A stretch of DNA of 64,000 nucleotides from Epithemia pelagica (GCA_946965045.2 OX337232.1:2976001-3040000); one strand, 5' to 3'. Counted from the first letter of the stretch, positions 32,309 through 44,121 are shown. Program-made: numbers and translations. Notes: generated by a model from the sequence alone, not told the origin.

Positions 32309-33940
32309 TTACTGGTCTACAGTGTCGACATATTGTATGGTTGCATCCTCATTCTTGCTGCTTGATTCTGGCGACGTGGGAGAAGCTATTGGGGACAGGG
32401 TGGCTTGCGTTTGCGTGGGCAGGAGGGTGGGAGTTTCCGAGGAGACAGACACGGAAGGAGACAACGCGGCAACAACTGCTGCAGCAGGGAGAGACTCGGG
32501 GGATGATGCCGACTCCAAGGTAGACTGGGAAGGTCGAGGAGTGGGAGTTTCCGAGGAGGTGGCAGCAGACAAAGGAGGAGATGTGGTATTGGTAGGACTG
32601 GATGATTGCGGGGGTGGAGTGAGAATGGCGGTGGATGGAGCCGTAGTGGTTCGTGGCACCGAGTTGGTCACTGCCCCCTCCTGGTGGTTGCGGTCTGCAA
32701 CGAGGGGACTATTGGTAAATTCCAATTCTTCCTCTTCTTCCTCGTCGTCGTCATCATCGTCTTCCAGAATGGTACGACGGCGTCGTTTGGGGGGAGAGCG
32801 TGCATCGGACACTCGAGCGGGTGCCCCTGTGTCAGGTTGCTCCACCACGGTCCCCCGTTCCGGTTCATCGTCGTCCTCTAAAAAGACGTGTCGTCGCTTT
32901 GGTCGAACTGTCGACTCGGTTGGTGGCAAGTCTTGACCGTTCTCTCCTTCCTCTTGGGCTGGTGCGGGAGTTTCATTGAGATCTTGTGGTGCATCCGTCT
33001 CTTGGTTTTCGGCATGGTTTGTAGCACTTTCGTGGGTGGTGTTAGTATTGGTTTCATTGTTGAGCGTCCATTCTCGCTCTTCGGGCTCCTCTTCCTCCTC
33101 TTGTTGTTGTGTGGGCCGTGGTCGACTCGCTTCTGGATCATCTTCTGGTTCTTCCAACCGCGCTGCTTGGAGTTGTTGTTGTTCGCGTTCTTCGTCCACC
33201 AATTGTTGGACGAGACGATGGGCCGTTTCCGATCCCAAGTGTTGAACGAGGTAGTGATTGCGCGCCGCGAGTCGTTGGGTTTGCAAACAGGCCTTGACGG
33301 CGGCCGTTTGCAACTTGAGTTGGGACGCGGCTCGACACGCCTCGTCGCCCGACCATCCCGGTACCCAATCGCGACCTACCGTCCGATACGCCACGAGAGC
33401 CCGCTGCAAAAAGAGGTGGGCCGCCTTGGTGGCTGTCTTGTTGTGCTTGTTGTTGTGAGTGGAGAGTCGACACTTGCGTACCGCCTGCGCACACGCGGGA
33501 GCCACGGCCGCCAAACCTCCTTCGTTGGCAGTGTTGTCGTTTGCAGTGTCTGTATCGTTGGGACCGCCGCCTCCCACCAAGGCAGCTTGCAATTTGGCCA
33601 AGTTGGGACGAGTACTGCCCCGGCGCTGCGTCAATCGAGCCTTGTCCTCGCGATTGTAGCGGGCTTCCAATTGCGCCCGTGACAATTGCGACGACGACGA
33701 CGACGCTGCTGTCGTAGTAGTGTTGGTACGGGAGGTGGTTGGATTTGAGTCTGCGGCCGGGTCCAAGGCGGCGGGTTCCACCTCCAATTCTTCGTCGTCG
33801 TCATCGTCGTCCTCGTCGTACAATCCTCCTGGATGTGGTTGAAATTGAACCAAGGATGCTCGTTGTTGTTGTTGCGTGGCTTCTTTTTGGCGCTGACGAA
33901 TCCGCCGTTCGTCCGCCAAGGTCGTCGTTCGCATCACCAT
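32309..33940 (-). CDS. Hypothetical low-complexity protein (acidic, T/S/P-rich, central helical region)
   Basis: Long ORF; first plausible ATG at 33940; 3' end may be spliced. Confidence 0.55.
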   Translation of the reverse strand: MVMRTTTLADERRIRQRQKEATQQQQRASLVQFQPHPGGLYDEDDDDDDEELEVEPAALDPAADSNPTTSRTNTTTTAASSSSSQLSRAQLEARYNREDKARLTQRRGSTRPNLAKLQAALVGGGGPNDTDTANDNTANEGGLAAVAPACAQAVRKCRLSTHNNKHNKTATKAAHLFLQRALVAYRTVGRDWVPGWSGDEACRAASQLKLQTAAVKACLQTQRLAARNHYLVQHLGSETAHRLVQQLVDEEREQQQLQAARLEEPEDDPEASRPRPTQQQEEEEEPEEREWTLNNETNTNTTHESATNHAENQETDAPQDLNETPAPAQEEGENGQDLPPTESTVRPKRRHVFLEDDDEPERGTVVEQPDTGAPARVSDARSPPKRRRRTILEDDDDDDEEEEEELEFTNSPLVADRNHQEGAVTNSVPRTTTAPSTAILTPPPQSSSPTNTTSPPLSAATSSETPTPRPSQSTLESASSPESLPAAAVVAALSPSVSVSSETPTLLPTQTQATLSPIASPTSPESSSKNEDATIQYVDTVDQ

Positions 33941-35739
33941 GGTCACTCTTCCTTTTCTCCATAAAAAATGGTTGTGGCGAAAATTTGCCGCCACCCACGC
34001 CAGCACAATGCGTGGGGTGCGCACAAAAGGAAGCTGGCCTCTCAACTTTCTTGGGCGCGAAAAGAGCTAGGTACTCTACCTAAGTTCCCCTCCCCACCAC
34101 CAGGATAGGGGTAGGTACTCCTATTCCTAGGTAGATCATAGAGGTACCATACATTTGGTTGGCTCATGCCAATAACTCGAAGAGATTTGCAAGTTATAAG
34201 AAAGAAAAGGAACACCATGGGCTATATCCTTTGTTGCTCTCTAGCTAGCTACCAACAGAGGATGAACTGGTCTCCAAGCGACCAAATTGGGTTGCAACCA
34301 GGTTACCAATCTCTCTAGAGGGAACGATGAAAAAGAAGCAGAAAGTTTTAGGGGTAAGATAGAATTGTTTGCTCCAAGCTCCAAGACCAGTCACTCTGTC
34401 TACTATAGGTCGAGTGAGGAGTTGTCGGTGGAGCAGAGTACATGACTAATGACTATCTCTCTCTCTCGATCTACCAACAAAGCCAACCACGTTCCCAATC
34501 TCAAAAAGGGAGACGACGACGACGACGACGAGAACGATGACAACGATGATGAAGACAAGGAGGCAAAAAGTTTGACAAACGAGAATCGTTTGTTCCAAGC
34601 TCCAAGACCATTCTCTGTCTGTTTACTCCTCCTACATAGGATTAGGTCGAGCAGGAGGAGGAGCAGCTCGAGAGCTAATGAGTTGTCGGTGGTGTAGCTT
34701 TTGACCGTCCGTCCACCATTCCAGAGGTGACTGGATGCTGTCCTTTGTGTAGGTGAGTCACGGATTAGTTGCCATAGTTGTGTAGCAGTGAACCGATCTC
34801 ATAATCTCTTACTATCAGGCGTTCTAACACAATCCCCGGCTCACACAACAATATCAATACCCATCCCTTTTTCATTTCTAGACGTTGAAAAGAACAGAAC
34901 ATGTAGCGACCCTAACGCCTCCGATTGTCGTGACGTTGCTACGCCGCAGCGAACGCAGCGATAGGGGGTGTATGGTGTATAGTTTTGAGACACAGTCCGA
35001 TTCAAGCCCACAAATAAAAAATGCTCAGACATCATGTGAGACAAGAACAGGACATGAATCAAATAAAGGTTACGTGTCTCAGGTCTCCCACAAAGCGCCT
35101 TCCGACTTTTGGACTTAATCGCAGTCACAGTTACGGATGGTTCTCAGTAATAGTAAAGTACGACACCAACAGTATTTTCACGAAGTTCTCATTCACACAT
35201 CAAAAAGACGCCCCCACACCCCAGAGGTTTTACGCCTTCTCTCAAATAGTGAATAGGCGAAGACGAAGACTGATGGACCTCTGCGCAGTCACATCGATGG
35301 AACACACTTGCAGGAGCTTAGAATTGAGATAATGAGAAATTTACTATTGAGTAAAAAGTACTACGATAAGTGAAAGAGTACTATTTTTTTGTACACTAAA
35401 AAGTGAGAATCTCACAAAGATTCCCCACCCAGCTCCACCCATCACTTTTTGGGAATACCTATGGACACAACATTGTCGACGAATCGAGTATTGGCTCTCC
35501 CCAAATTACAAAGATCCCCCTCCCTCACGTGAACGTTTTGGCAATAGAACACACCGCTGTGCAGTCTTGTCCAAATTGCGTGGTAAAGCGCGCATTGCGA
35601 AAAGGTTCTGGACGACGTCTTTCATGTTGTCGATACAATAGCTTGCGCATAATCTGGAACCACCCCCATCACGTTGCGATTCATCTGAGGAGAAACCAAA
35701 AAGCATTACTATAATTTCCTGGAGAGCATTATTTTGATC

Positions 35740-37111
35740 ATGTCTAGCCCAATCCATATCGACGACAACGACCACATGAACGACCAAGCGACGGTCCCTT
35801 TCCTTGGCGTCTTCACGAATGTTTGGAGGCGGCCGACCGAGAGGGCATTGAACAAATTATATCCTGGGCGCCACATGGACGAGCGTTTACCGTCGACAAA
35901 CCAGATGTTTTTGTGGAACATGTCATGACAAGGTATGTTGCACCTCTATTGCTGTATCTGTCGTTTGGCTAAGCCATGTACTCACCACTTGTTTCCTTCT
36001 CGTCGTCTTTTCAGATTCTTTGGACAAACCAAATTCCCATCTTTTCAACGACAATTAAACATTTACGGCTTTTCTCGCTTCACCGAAGGCAGAATAAGGG
36101 CGCTTACTACCATCTTTGCTTTGTTCGAGGACAACCATCGTTAGTGCGCAACATGGTTCGCCGAAAGATCAAGGGCAACAAGCATTCTCTCCGAGAAAAG
36201 AAGGTCCAACACAACTTTTACGATCCAGCCTGGGAAAACCACAAGTCCGACAGTGTGCCACCAGCCTTGCAAACAGGCGACAACCATTTCTCGGTGGACT
36301 GCCACAGAGTGTCAATCGACAGCTATTCGGCCACAATGTACAGTTACAGGGACTCGGTTCAAAGCAACAGCATGTCGGTTCAAAGTATCCGGACCTCGAT
36401 CCAAGGCAAGAGAGCTTCGATTGATGACTACCGAGCATCCCAAATCGCATGTGCGTCCCAGTCATTCTCTGCACCGCCCTCCGCTGCTGCTTCTTCCACC
36501 AAGAAGCGCCCCTCCATTGTGATTGAACGTTCCGACAGCGATAACCACCTGCCACTGTTTGAAGATACTGTACCATGTGCTCCCCTCCTTGTCAAGGCCA
36601 CAAGCAACGATTTTTCTCGATTCGCCGACGCCTGTGCTTCCGTCATTTCCAAAGAAGACGCTTGGGAATGTAGCTCCATGGCAGAAGATGAAATCGACAA
36701 GGCTTGCCGAGCCACGGCGGCTCGTTTTGTGGCCCCCCAGCTCCCTGGAAGAAATCTCCTCTCGTCACGACACCGGCCGCCGCCGTCCCCAGTACAATCC
36801 AGATACCAGCTTCGGAAGCTGTTGCCAGTGTTGTTCCCATTACCATCCAAGTGCCACCAGCTCCCGTTCCTGCTCTCGTCTCTCTAACCGTCTCGGTTCC
36901 CACCGTCATTAGCTTTCCATCGGCCTTTGACGACTTGGCTGGTGTGTGCGCCTGTCCAGGAGAAAGTGATTACGTAGAATTGGAGACATCTCCAGTCAAC
37001 GAGCTTGGTGCCATTGCCACTTCTCAAGATTGGATCCACCGCCAACAACGACAACAACAACGATTCTCCTTGTCCATGCCACTTGCGGATCCGCTCGCTG
37101 ATCCTTTCTGA
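35740..37111 (+). pseudogene. HSF: Heat-shock-factor-type DNA-binding protein, intron 35933..36014, with three apparent 1-bp deletions (pseudogene or assembly errors)
   Basis: FPWRLHECL..IISWAPHGRAFTV..[intron]..FFGQTKFPSFQRQLNIYGFSR..GAYYH.CFVRG..L..M.R.KIKG. Frame changes near 35797, 36090 and 36735. Confidence 0.85.
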
Positions 37112-39001
37112 GCCGTGGTTGCATGAACGGTCCAGTGAAACGAACTTGGGTTAAGAAGCCATTCCGACATGAATGCATCCGACATGAATGCATTATGAAA
37201 ATTACACAATTGTCATTTATAGGGGAGAATCATCATCATCGTCCAATGCTGCTTGCAAATGGTGAGAGATTCATGCTTTCTGCTGTCGCAGCTTTCCAGT
37301 TGCCAGATCAATCAATGTAACTGTACATAATTGCCTCTTTAGTGTTGCGACTTTGTTTTGCCTTTGTAGTATTTTCGTATGTGATGCGAGTCGTTGCACT
37401 CTTCTCTTCGAATCTTCTTTTATTCTCGTTGAATCGTCATCGATACCCGATACCACGTTTTCCAGCATGAGACAGCCCTCGTTTCAATAGCAGTGAAGGT
37501 TCCGCGCAGTCGCCCAAGGAATCTTGATGCCCACACCCGATTTTCGCGACCATTGTCCGCAGCATTTCTTTAATCTTGCTCTTCGATTGTAGGCACACTC
37601 AGCGAGTGGCCCTTTTATCGACTGTGCGGTACTTCGAGCCTCTCCAGTGGCCTTTGTAGAGTGACAGTGACAACAACCGAAACCAAACGACTTGTCTTGT
37701 GCTCAACTTGTTATGATCATGTCCATTCTGTTGTGGCTTGGTCCACCACCGTGTGAACTGGGACTTGTTGGGATTTGTGCGCCCACACTTCCACTCCCCT
37801 CGAAACACAGAGGAGGGCGCTAACGAGAAAACAGCATACAATTAGCAATTATCTTCAGGTTCATGCTGATTAGTAGATGTTGAGATTAGAAGACTTTCTA
37901 TATACCAAAAAGTACAAAATCTCATAGGACTAAGAGTAGCGAGTAGGAGGAGTCTACCAAATCAAAGCTACCTTCCGTGAAGGATTGGAGGCGTCCGTAG
38001 TTCGTCCAGATAGAAACGGGAATACGAATACGCCGCTTGCCGCAACTTGCCGGTGGTTAGGCAACCTACCCAAAAAGGAACGGGTAGCCTGGGCATAGTG
38101 CCATTCAAGACCACACATGACTCTCCAGCTACTCCTTGTTGAGGTATCGGTGAGCTTCATTGAGAATCATTCACTGGTGAGCTTCATTGAGAACCACCAA
38201 AGTGTGGATGTGGATTACCAACGACGCGTCGTGGATGCATATTTCGCCGGAATCAAGGCGCCACCGGAGCCCCAAGGAGGATTGAGAATGTAGACTCGAG
38301 GCAACCGGTTCGCGCTTTGGAACAAACTGGCTAGGTACTGGTCATCTCTAATTCCACAAATCCACTACAATGCTCCTACTCCTACATTTCTACGTACAAG
38401 CCGCTTACAAGCCTAGATTTTACTGTGTGGTATTCGGTTTGTCAGTAAATCTAAAAAATACTCTTGCCTCATTTATGACTCTGCATGGACACGGTTCGTG
38501 TCTGACGGAGAAGGAAGTAACACCATTCAGAACGATTGATCTATCTGGAATCTGGATCCTTTGATGGTGATGGGAAAGACAAGATCTGTCGTTCTCGTTC
38601 AGAGCGGAACATAAGTTGTTGGGAAAGGTCAAAATTGCTACTCCCTCCGGCCTTTTTTTATCGCACGAAGTTGAGAAAAACGACATAACAATAGGAGCAT
38701 CCCCCGTACAACTTTTTGTTCCAAAAAGCCAGCCACACCACCAAACCCCGGCTGGCGCCCAGTTTCACCGTCCCGCGTGCCTATGTATTCTTATATCCTA
38801 GTGTCTAGAATCATTTAACAACATTCCCACTGCGACACGATTTTTACTTCCGATTCCGATCTGGTACTGGCTGTCTCGGGGTCTCACATTCCCATCTCGG
38901 AGGACCATCAACCCAATGCAAATGGGTAACAAGACCATGGATGTTCCTCATACGAAGACACAACATCCACTTGATAGGCTCTAATTCATTTGATTCAAGA
39001 C

Positions 39002-40729
39002 ATGAGTGATTATACAGATCTTCAAATTGAGCCGGATTACCATGCTCCTCCGTTCTACAGTGCGTTATACAAGGATGTTTTTCGTTTCGGATCATTTGTT
39101 CATGTGGCGAGGCCCGGACAAGATCGAGGGACAACAACAGTTGCCCGTCTTATTAAATGGGTCCTAGGTGGAGTCCAAGTCCAATTGTTCTATCCACTCT
39201 TTCCGAAACCAGAAGAATGTCTCCGTTGCCATCCCACGATTCCGAAGCACAATAATCTAGCACTCTCCAAGTGGAAGACGACAGAATTATATGAATCGAA
39301 CGAGTTCATTGAATTCTCGGAGACCAACCACTCAACCGGTGCTCCTGTCCAGATTAAAGACATCTTCTACCCTGCCTTTGTGTTTTCACTAACTGATATG
39401 GAGTCCAGTGCAAACCAATGGGCGAATGGTACCAAGAATGTTTACGTGGTTCGTTTCCGTCAGCACTCAGACCGTGGTTTGATTGCTATATCGGAGGACC
39501 GATTGCGCTTCCTTGTCTCTTACGACACCACTCTAACCCATCACATTTGTCCTCCGCGTTCAGTGCACCTCAATATTTGGACAGGGTTACACATTCTCCG
39601 TAAGGGGATTGCTAAAATCCTTAACCGTCGCTCAGGCTCGTCAGAAGAACGTGGCGTCTACTCCTTGTCGCTTGGATATGTTCCTACGGAAACTTTCGAC
39701 TACCTTAATCTTATGATTGGGAGTCAAATATCCAAACACTGTCTCCACAAGCCCCACCCAGCTTCCGAAACGTACCTGGACATGGATCAGAAATTCACCC
39801 GACGCAAGATCAAGATGACGTTCCAAACTGCCACCTTCCGGTTTGCCTCTGTTCAAGAATTGGACGTTCTTAGATCTTTGTTGGGATTCAGTGCTACATA
39901 TGGTTCTACAGAAATTCGCCCAACTCTCTATCATGGTAGCAAAGGCCTTTCGCTCAAGAGAGGACACACTCTTTCTCTTGTTTGCGGCCGTCCAAACGAC
40001 CAAGCACCACCTCCCTTCAAGAAGAGATGCCTTGACCAGAGAATAGACATCACATTCTCCCAGTATGCATGCCGAATCACTGTCTCTTACCAGCGCTATC
40101 ACTACGATAAGCTGCGTAGTGGGTCCCTCAAGGTCCCACCACCTACGGAACATTTGCGTCTTGCTCTTAGTGGTGGCCGACTTGCAGGACCGAACCCAAA
40201 TCTTTTGGCAACCAGTACTTCAGTTCCAGAAGAAACCACTGCCAACCAACCTCGAGTCTCGGAATCTTCTCGTTCCTCTGACGATGATGCAGTACGTCGT
40301 ATTTCAGACAGCTCCTCATTGAAGGACGAGTTGCCGACGCCTGCTGCTGCTTCCGAAAACCGTGTTGAGTCGGACAATGAAGACTCAACTGACATCTCTC
40401 TCGAAGCCGGTGAGATGTTCCATAAAGACGGCACCATTTGGGAGGTGATTGACATTTTCAAACCAGAACCCCGAGCTTTGGCTGTGATTCTCGAGATCGA
40501 AACGGGCTCTCTGTACACCACGGACACGCCCGAACCACCAGAAGGCTACCCCCTCGAAGACGACGCGGCCAAATTGATTGGGACAATTCCTGCCAATGCA
40601 GGTATCTATGTCGCCTGCCGAGTGAGCGCGGGCGATAGGTTCAATAGGCATTTGCCGGACGAACAACAATCTGTAGAACTCTTGCGCCTGACTGATGATA
40701 TTCAAGAGGCCATACGAAACTATCGATAA
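39002..40729 (+). CDS. Unknown 575-aa partner protein, possible N-terminal BAH-like domain
   Basis: Intact ORF. FRFGSFVHV..VARL..VQVQLFYP..ELYESNEF..IKDI..AFV resembles the BAH strand pattern; acidic/Ser linker near the C-terminus. Confidence 0.7.
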   Translation: MSDYTDLQIEPDYHAPPFYSALYKDVFRFGSFVHVARPGQDRGTTTVARLIKWVLGGVQVQLFYPLFPKPEECLRCHPTIPKHNNLALSKWKTTELYESNEFIEFSETNHSTGAPVQIKDIFYPAFVFSLTDMESSANQWANGTKNVYVVRFRQHSDRGLIAISEDRLRFLVSYDTTLTHHICPPRSVHLNIWTGLHILRKGIAKILNRRSGSSEERGVYSLSLGYVPTETFDYLNLMIGSQISKHCLHKPHPASETYLDMDQKFTRRKIKMTFQTATFRFASVQELDVLRSLLGFSATYGSTEIRPTLYHGSKGLSLKRGHTLSLVCGRPNDQAPPPFKKRCLDQRIDITFSQYACRITVSYQRYHYDKLRSGSLKVPPPTEHLRLALSGGRLAGPNPNLLATSTSVPEETTANQPRVSESSRSSDDDAVRRISDSSSLKDELPTPAAASENRVESDNEDSTDISLEAGEMFHKDGTIWEVIDIFKPEPRALAVILEIETGSLYTTDTPEPPEGYPLEDDAAKLIGTIPANAGIYVACRVSAGDRFNRHLPDEQQSVELLRLTDDIQEAIRNYR

Positions 40730-40803
40730 GCCATCCACCAATTAGTACTTATATATTTATATGTATACGTATAGTTATCCATTGAGTGCCTTCCTAATTA
40801 CAT

Positions 40804-43800
40804 TCAAATCGAGTCATCGTCTGACCATGTCTCAAAATCAGCAGGTAAGGGTACAGGTTCGTTTGGTGTGTTCTGTTCTTTCCCATTGTTCAATCCAACA
40901 GTAAAGTCAAATACAAGCTCGGCATCATGCTCGACGTCGTCTTGATTTCTTACCGTCACACCAATGGGTTGGCCAAACTCAATCGTACCCCCATTCTTCA
41001 ATACCCAGTCGTCTACCTTGTCACCTGTATCCGATTGTCCGTTTGCCTTGTTGTCTTCAAGAATCTCTGTTTCGGGGATACCTAACATAAAAACCAACCT
41101 CCTTTGCAACCAACGAGCCATGGATTTCATTCGACTCTGTTGTCCACGCCCTTGATTGGTCGCTCCACCTCGTTGTGTCCTGGAGAAGTAGTATGATTTA
41201 AATGCACTGTTGAATGCTTCCCAGCCTTGCTGAGTATGTCGTGACAGATTCTTCCAGTGAAACATATATTCGGAGAGGTGTCCACTGCCAATCATGTGGG
41301 CGTAATTAGTTACACCCTCGGCCCCACATAGATCAATCCACAGAGCGAAGAAATAGTCAGCTTGCCGCTGGAAATTCCAGATTTCTTCATTCGAGAGGTT
41401 ATGTTTCCTGTTTGCTATTTCGATCGCCTGTCGGTAGTGATCAATACATTTCTTCCATTTGGCTTTCTTGTCGTCATCAACAATCATGGGATCAATGAGC
41501 TGGTCCATCTCGGCAACAATCTTGCGGATCTTTACGTTGTCCATGCAAATCTTCGACACTGTATTTGTCTCTTTGTCGAACGGCAATATCCAGTGCTGTG
41601 CATGCATCATAGACCCAATGATGGAAGTATTGAGTATATTCTCAACCTTCTCTACAAACGCTTTGCACTTCTTCTCCATGGAATTCTTGTCTTGGTCACT
41701 GATCCACTCCTGTTCGTCGTTCTTTGTGGAGGTCAGTCCAAACTTGAGGCACATGGACAAAATTTTTATGCCCATCCGATTTTCCAAATGAAGAAGGCAT
41801 GGAACAGCATCCATCATCATTACTAAAGCGGTCGAGACACCTTCGTACTTGAACTGACCGACTCTCAAGGATGCTTGCACGAACGACCATTCCGACATGT
41901 GCTGTACTTTGAGTCGTTCATGGCGTTCTTCCAATGACCCCTCTAGGGACATCTTGCGTAGTTGTAAATCATTCGTAATATTCCTCGAGAATTCTCTTCG
42001 GTCTTGTATTGTAGCATTTTTGTAATCGAAATGGATTGAGTCAGTCGAAGTCTCTTGTAGATCATCTGGTGGGAAACGAGGGTCTTCATCTGTTCTAATC
42101 TTGGACTCGCTTCTGATGCTTTCGATTGTCTTGCAAATTTGGGGGCACTCCGCTTCAAACTTTTTCACTTCTTCCTTCATCAATGCAGTGTGTTCTCTCG
42201 TGCACATGTCGATGTGCCTACAGACCCAATTCGGGTCATTCTCTGTATGACACATGTGCAAACACAATTTACATTCAGAAGGAAGTTGTGACGCAAGATG
42301 AAGATCTGCTGACTTCACAGCACATTTGCTGCAAGGGAACTTACAATTCTTCGCCGCACCTCCACGACCCGACAATTTCCAATCACAGGACATGTCGCAG
42401 TTAGTGGAGATGCGAATGGGCTTGATACCATGAGCCGTAGGGAGTACGGTGATTGCGGCTTCGTCAATTTCCTGGATCATTCGTCCGAAGAGTCCACGAA
42501 CCACGGGTGTTGTTTCTCGTCCACAGACGCATACAACGGGAAAGACCGAGTTACGAGATTGACTCAGAGGGTTTGATGAGTCGTTGAATTTCAACCCTCC
42601 GAGTGTATGGGAGAGATGTTTCGTGAGGACGGCTCCATCAATACTTTGAGCCATGTGGATAGGACGGTCTACAGCGTCTCCAGTCAACAATCCACCTGAC
42701 TTTAGAATGATCTTCATGACATCGGCAGGGCGAAAGTAAAAACCTTCTGTCATAGAAGTCTCGTTCCGAATCATTCGGAAAGGACAAATGCGAGACCCAT
42801 ACAATTCAATGGAAGCAGCACAGTTCTGAAGCGAACTAGTACTAGGAATGATAGTGCGCATACGGGCCTTCCCATTGCTCTCAACGCGTCGAAGGATTTC
42901 AATGCCTTCATAGTTGAGTACCCCTCCGGCCTTGTCCATTTCTTGAAGAATTCGAAAAGGAGTAAAAATGGTACGACGAATGTGTTGGCCAACAATCTGC
43001 ACCGCAGTGTCTTGCAGTACACCATGGTGAATGTTCGAGTCGAGGATCATCTGGCAGAATGACTGAAAAAACCTCGACGCCCTTTCGCTGTCTTTCCCAT
43101 GGCCTCGAACCGAACGAATAAGGATCATCTTTATGTGCTTGACGATCTGATCGCCACGGTCCTTGTCCGTAGCCTTGGTTGGAATGACAAGCTCAGTGTT
43201 GCTGCGCTGAACTTCCAGAAGCTTCGTCTTAAACTTTGCGATCTTGCGAGTTTGTCGTTTGGTAACCTGTTGCTGTTGTTTCAGTTTCAACTTGAAAGAG
43301 AGGACTTCACGTTGGAGGTTGTCGATGAGAACGTCTTTTTCCTGACGGCTGGACCTGAGTCGGTCATTTTCTTTCTTCAAGTCATTGAGCAAAAAAGAAG
43401 TCGACATGGTGGAATCGTCAAACAGAGATCTTGTCAAAGTGCTATCTGTCCTCGACTCGGAGGATAATCCGGCTGTGCCACTGTGGAGTGAGACCTGGTG
43501 GGTATTCTTGGCGCATTCTTCTTCTTCTTCGCCGGAAGACTTGAAAATGGAGTCCATTTCGGATTCTTCGGAGGACTGGGACGATTCATCAAAGGATCCG
43601 TCACTCTCTGGCGCCGTCTTGGTCTTCTTCGTTGCTTGAACAGCGATATCAGAGGGGATCGAATGCCTTGGAGGGACCTTTCTTTTGCCTTTGGCGGAAC
43701 GTTTGACGACTGACTCAATCTTGACTGTATCGGTAGGAAAGACAACGTTGTCGTGGCTAGCAATACATGTGTACGGCCCATTTTCTGTTCTTCGGTTAAT

Positions 43801-44121
43801 GGGAACGTCCGGAAACAACGTCTCTTGATCATCTGCGGCTTGACATTGCCCACAGAAAAAAAAGCCATTCCATCGTTCCTCTCGATCCCTGCCAAAAACA
43901 GAACAAGGCTTGCAGTCATCTTTCGCGAATTCTTTACAGAGACGAGCGATCCTTTGTCGTTCAAGGGAACTGCAATGGGGAGGACGCTTTGCTTCACGTC
44001 GTTTTGAACGGGTTTGTAAGTTCGGAGATGGAGGAGCATTTTCAGCCCCTTTTTCCGCAATACGGGACGAATATCGAACCGACGACATGGTGCTATCGAC
44101 CAGGGTGGGCGTTGATGTCAC
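40804..44121 (-). CDS. RAG1/Transib (CMC-related) DDE transposase, 1105 aa
   Basis: Ordered motifs SIDG, CDMSCDWKLSG..FPCSKC, PCLLH, TNYAHMIGSGH, QGWEAFN parallel RAG1 SCDG, YDEKLVREVEG..YICTLC, DALH, TNYFHKTLAH, EGNESGN. N-terminal Cys cluster and coiled coil. Confidence 0.75.
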   Translation of the reverse strand: MTSTPTLVDSTMSSVRYSSRIAEKGAENAPPSPNLQTRSKRREAKRPPHCSSLERQRIARLCKEFAKDDCKPCSVFGRDREERWNGFFFCGQCQAADDQETLFPDVPINRRTENGPYTCIASHDNVVFPTDTVKIESVVKRSAKGKRKVPPRHSIPSDIAVQATKKTKTAPESDGSFDESSQSSEESEMDSIFKSSGEEEEECAKNTHQVSLHSGTAGLSSESRTDSTLTRSLFDDSTMSTSFLLNDLKKENDRLRSSRQEKDVLIDNLQREVLSFKLKLKQQQQVTKRQTRKIAKFKTKLLEVQRSNTELVIPTKATDKDRGDQIVKHIKMILIRSVRGHGKDSERASRFFQSFCQMILDSNIHHGVLQDTAVQIVGQHIRRTIFTPFRILQEMDKAGGVLNYEGIEILRRVESNGKARMRTIIPSTSSLQNCAASIELYGSRICPFRMIRNETSMTEGFYFRPADVMKIILKSGGLLTGDAVDRPIHMAQSIDGAVLTKHLSHTLGGLKFNDSSNPLSQSRNSVFPVVCVCGRETTPVVRGLFGRMIQEIDEAAITVLPTAHGIKPIRISTNCDMSCDWKLSGRGGAAKNCKFPCSKCAVKSADLHLASQLPSECKLCLHMCHTENDPNWVCRHIDMCTREHTALMKEEVKKFEAECPQICKTIESIRSESKIRTDEDPRFPPDDLQETSTDSIHFDYKNATIQDRREFSRNITNDLQLRKMSLEGSLEERHERLKVQHMSEWSFVQASLRVGQFKYEGVSTALVMMMDAVPCLLHLENRMGIKILSMCLKFGLTSTKNDEQEWISDQDKNSMEKKCKAFVEKVENILNTSIIGSMMHAQHWILPFDKETNTVSKICMDNVKIRKIVAEMDQLIDPMIVDDDKKAKWKKCIDHYRQAIEIANRKHNLSNEEIWNFQRQADYFFALWIDLCGAEGVTNYAHMIGSGHLSEYMFHWKNLSRHTQQGWEAFNSAFKSYYFSRTQRGGATNQGRGQQSRMKSMARWLQRRLVFMLGIPETEILEDNKANGQSDTGDKVDDWVLKNGGTIEFGQPIGVTVRNQDDVEHDAELVFDFTVGLNNGKEQNTPNEPVPLPADFETWSDDDSI

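Noticed and set aside
38640-38652. Stowaway/mariner element from TA-CTCCCTCCG
   Set aside because: The right end reads GGAGGGA-TCA rather than GGAGGGAG-TA and no DD(34-39)D transposase is present; kept only as an unclassified inverted repeat.
39002-40729. RAG2 orthologue
   Set aside because: No Kelch repeat periodicity or PHD Cys/His pattern is visible.
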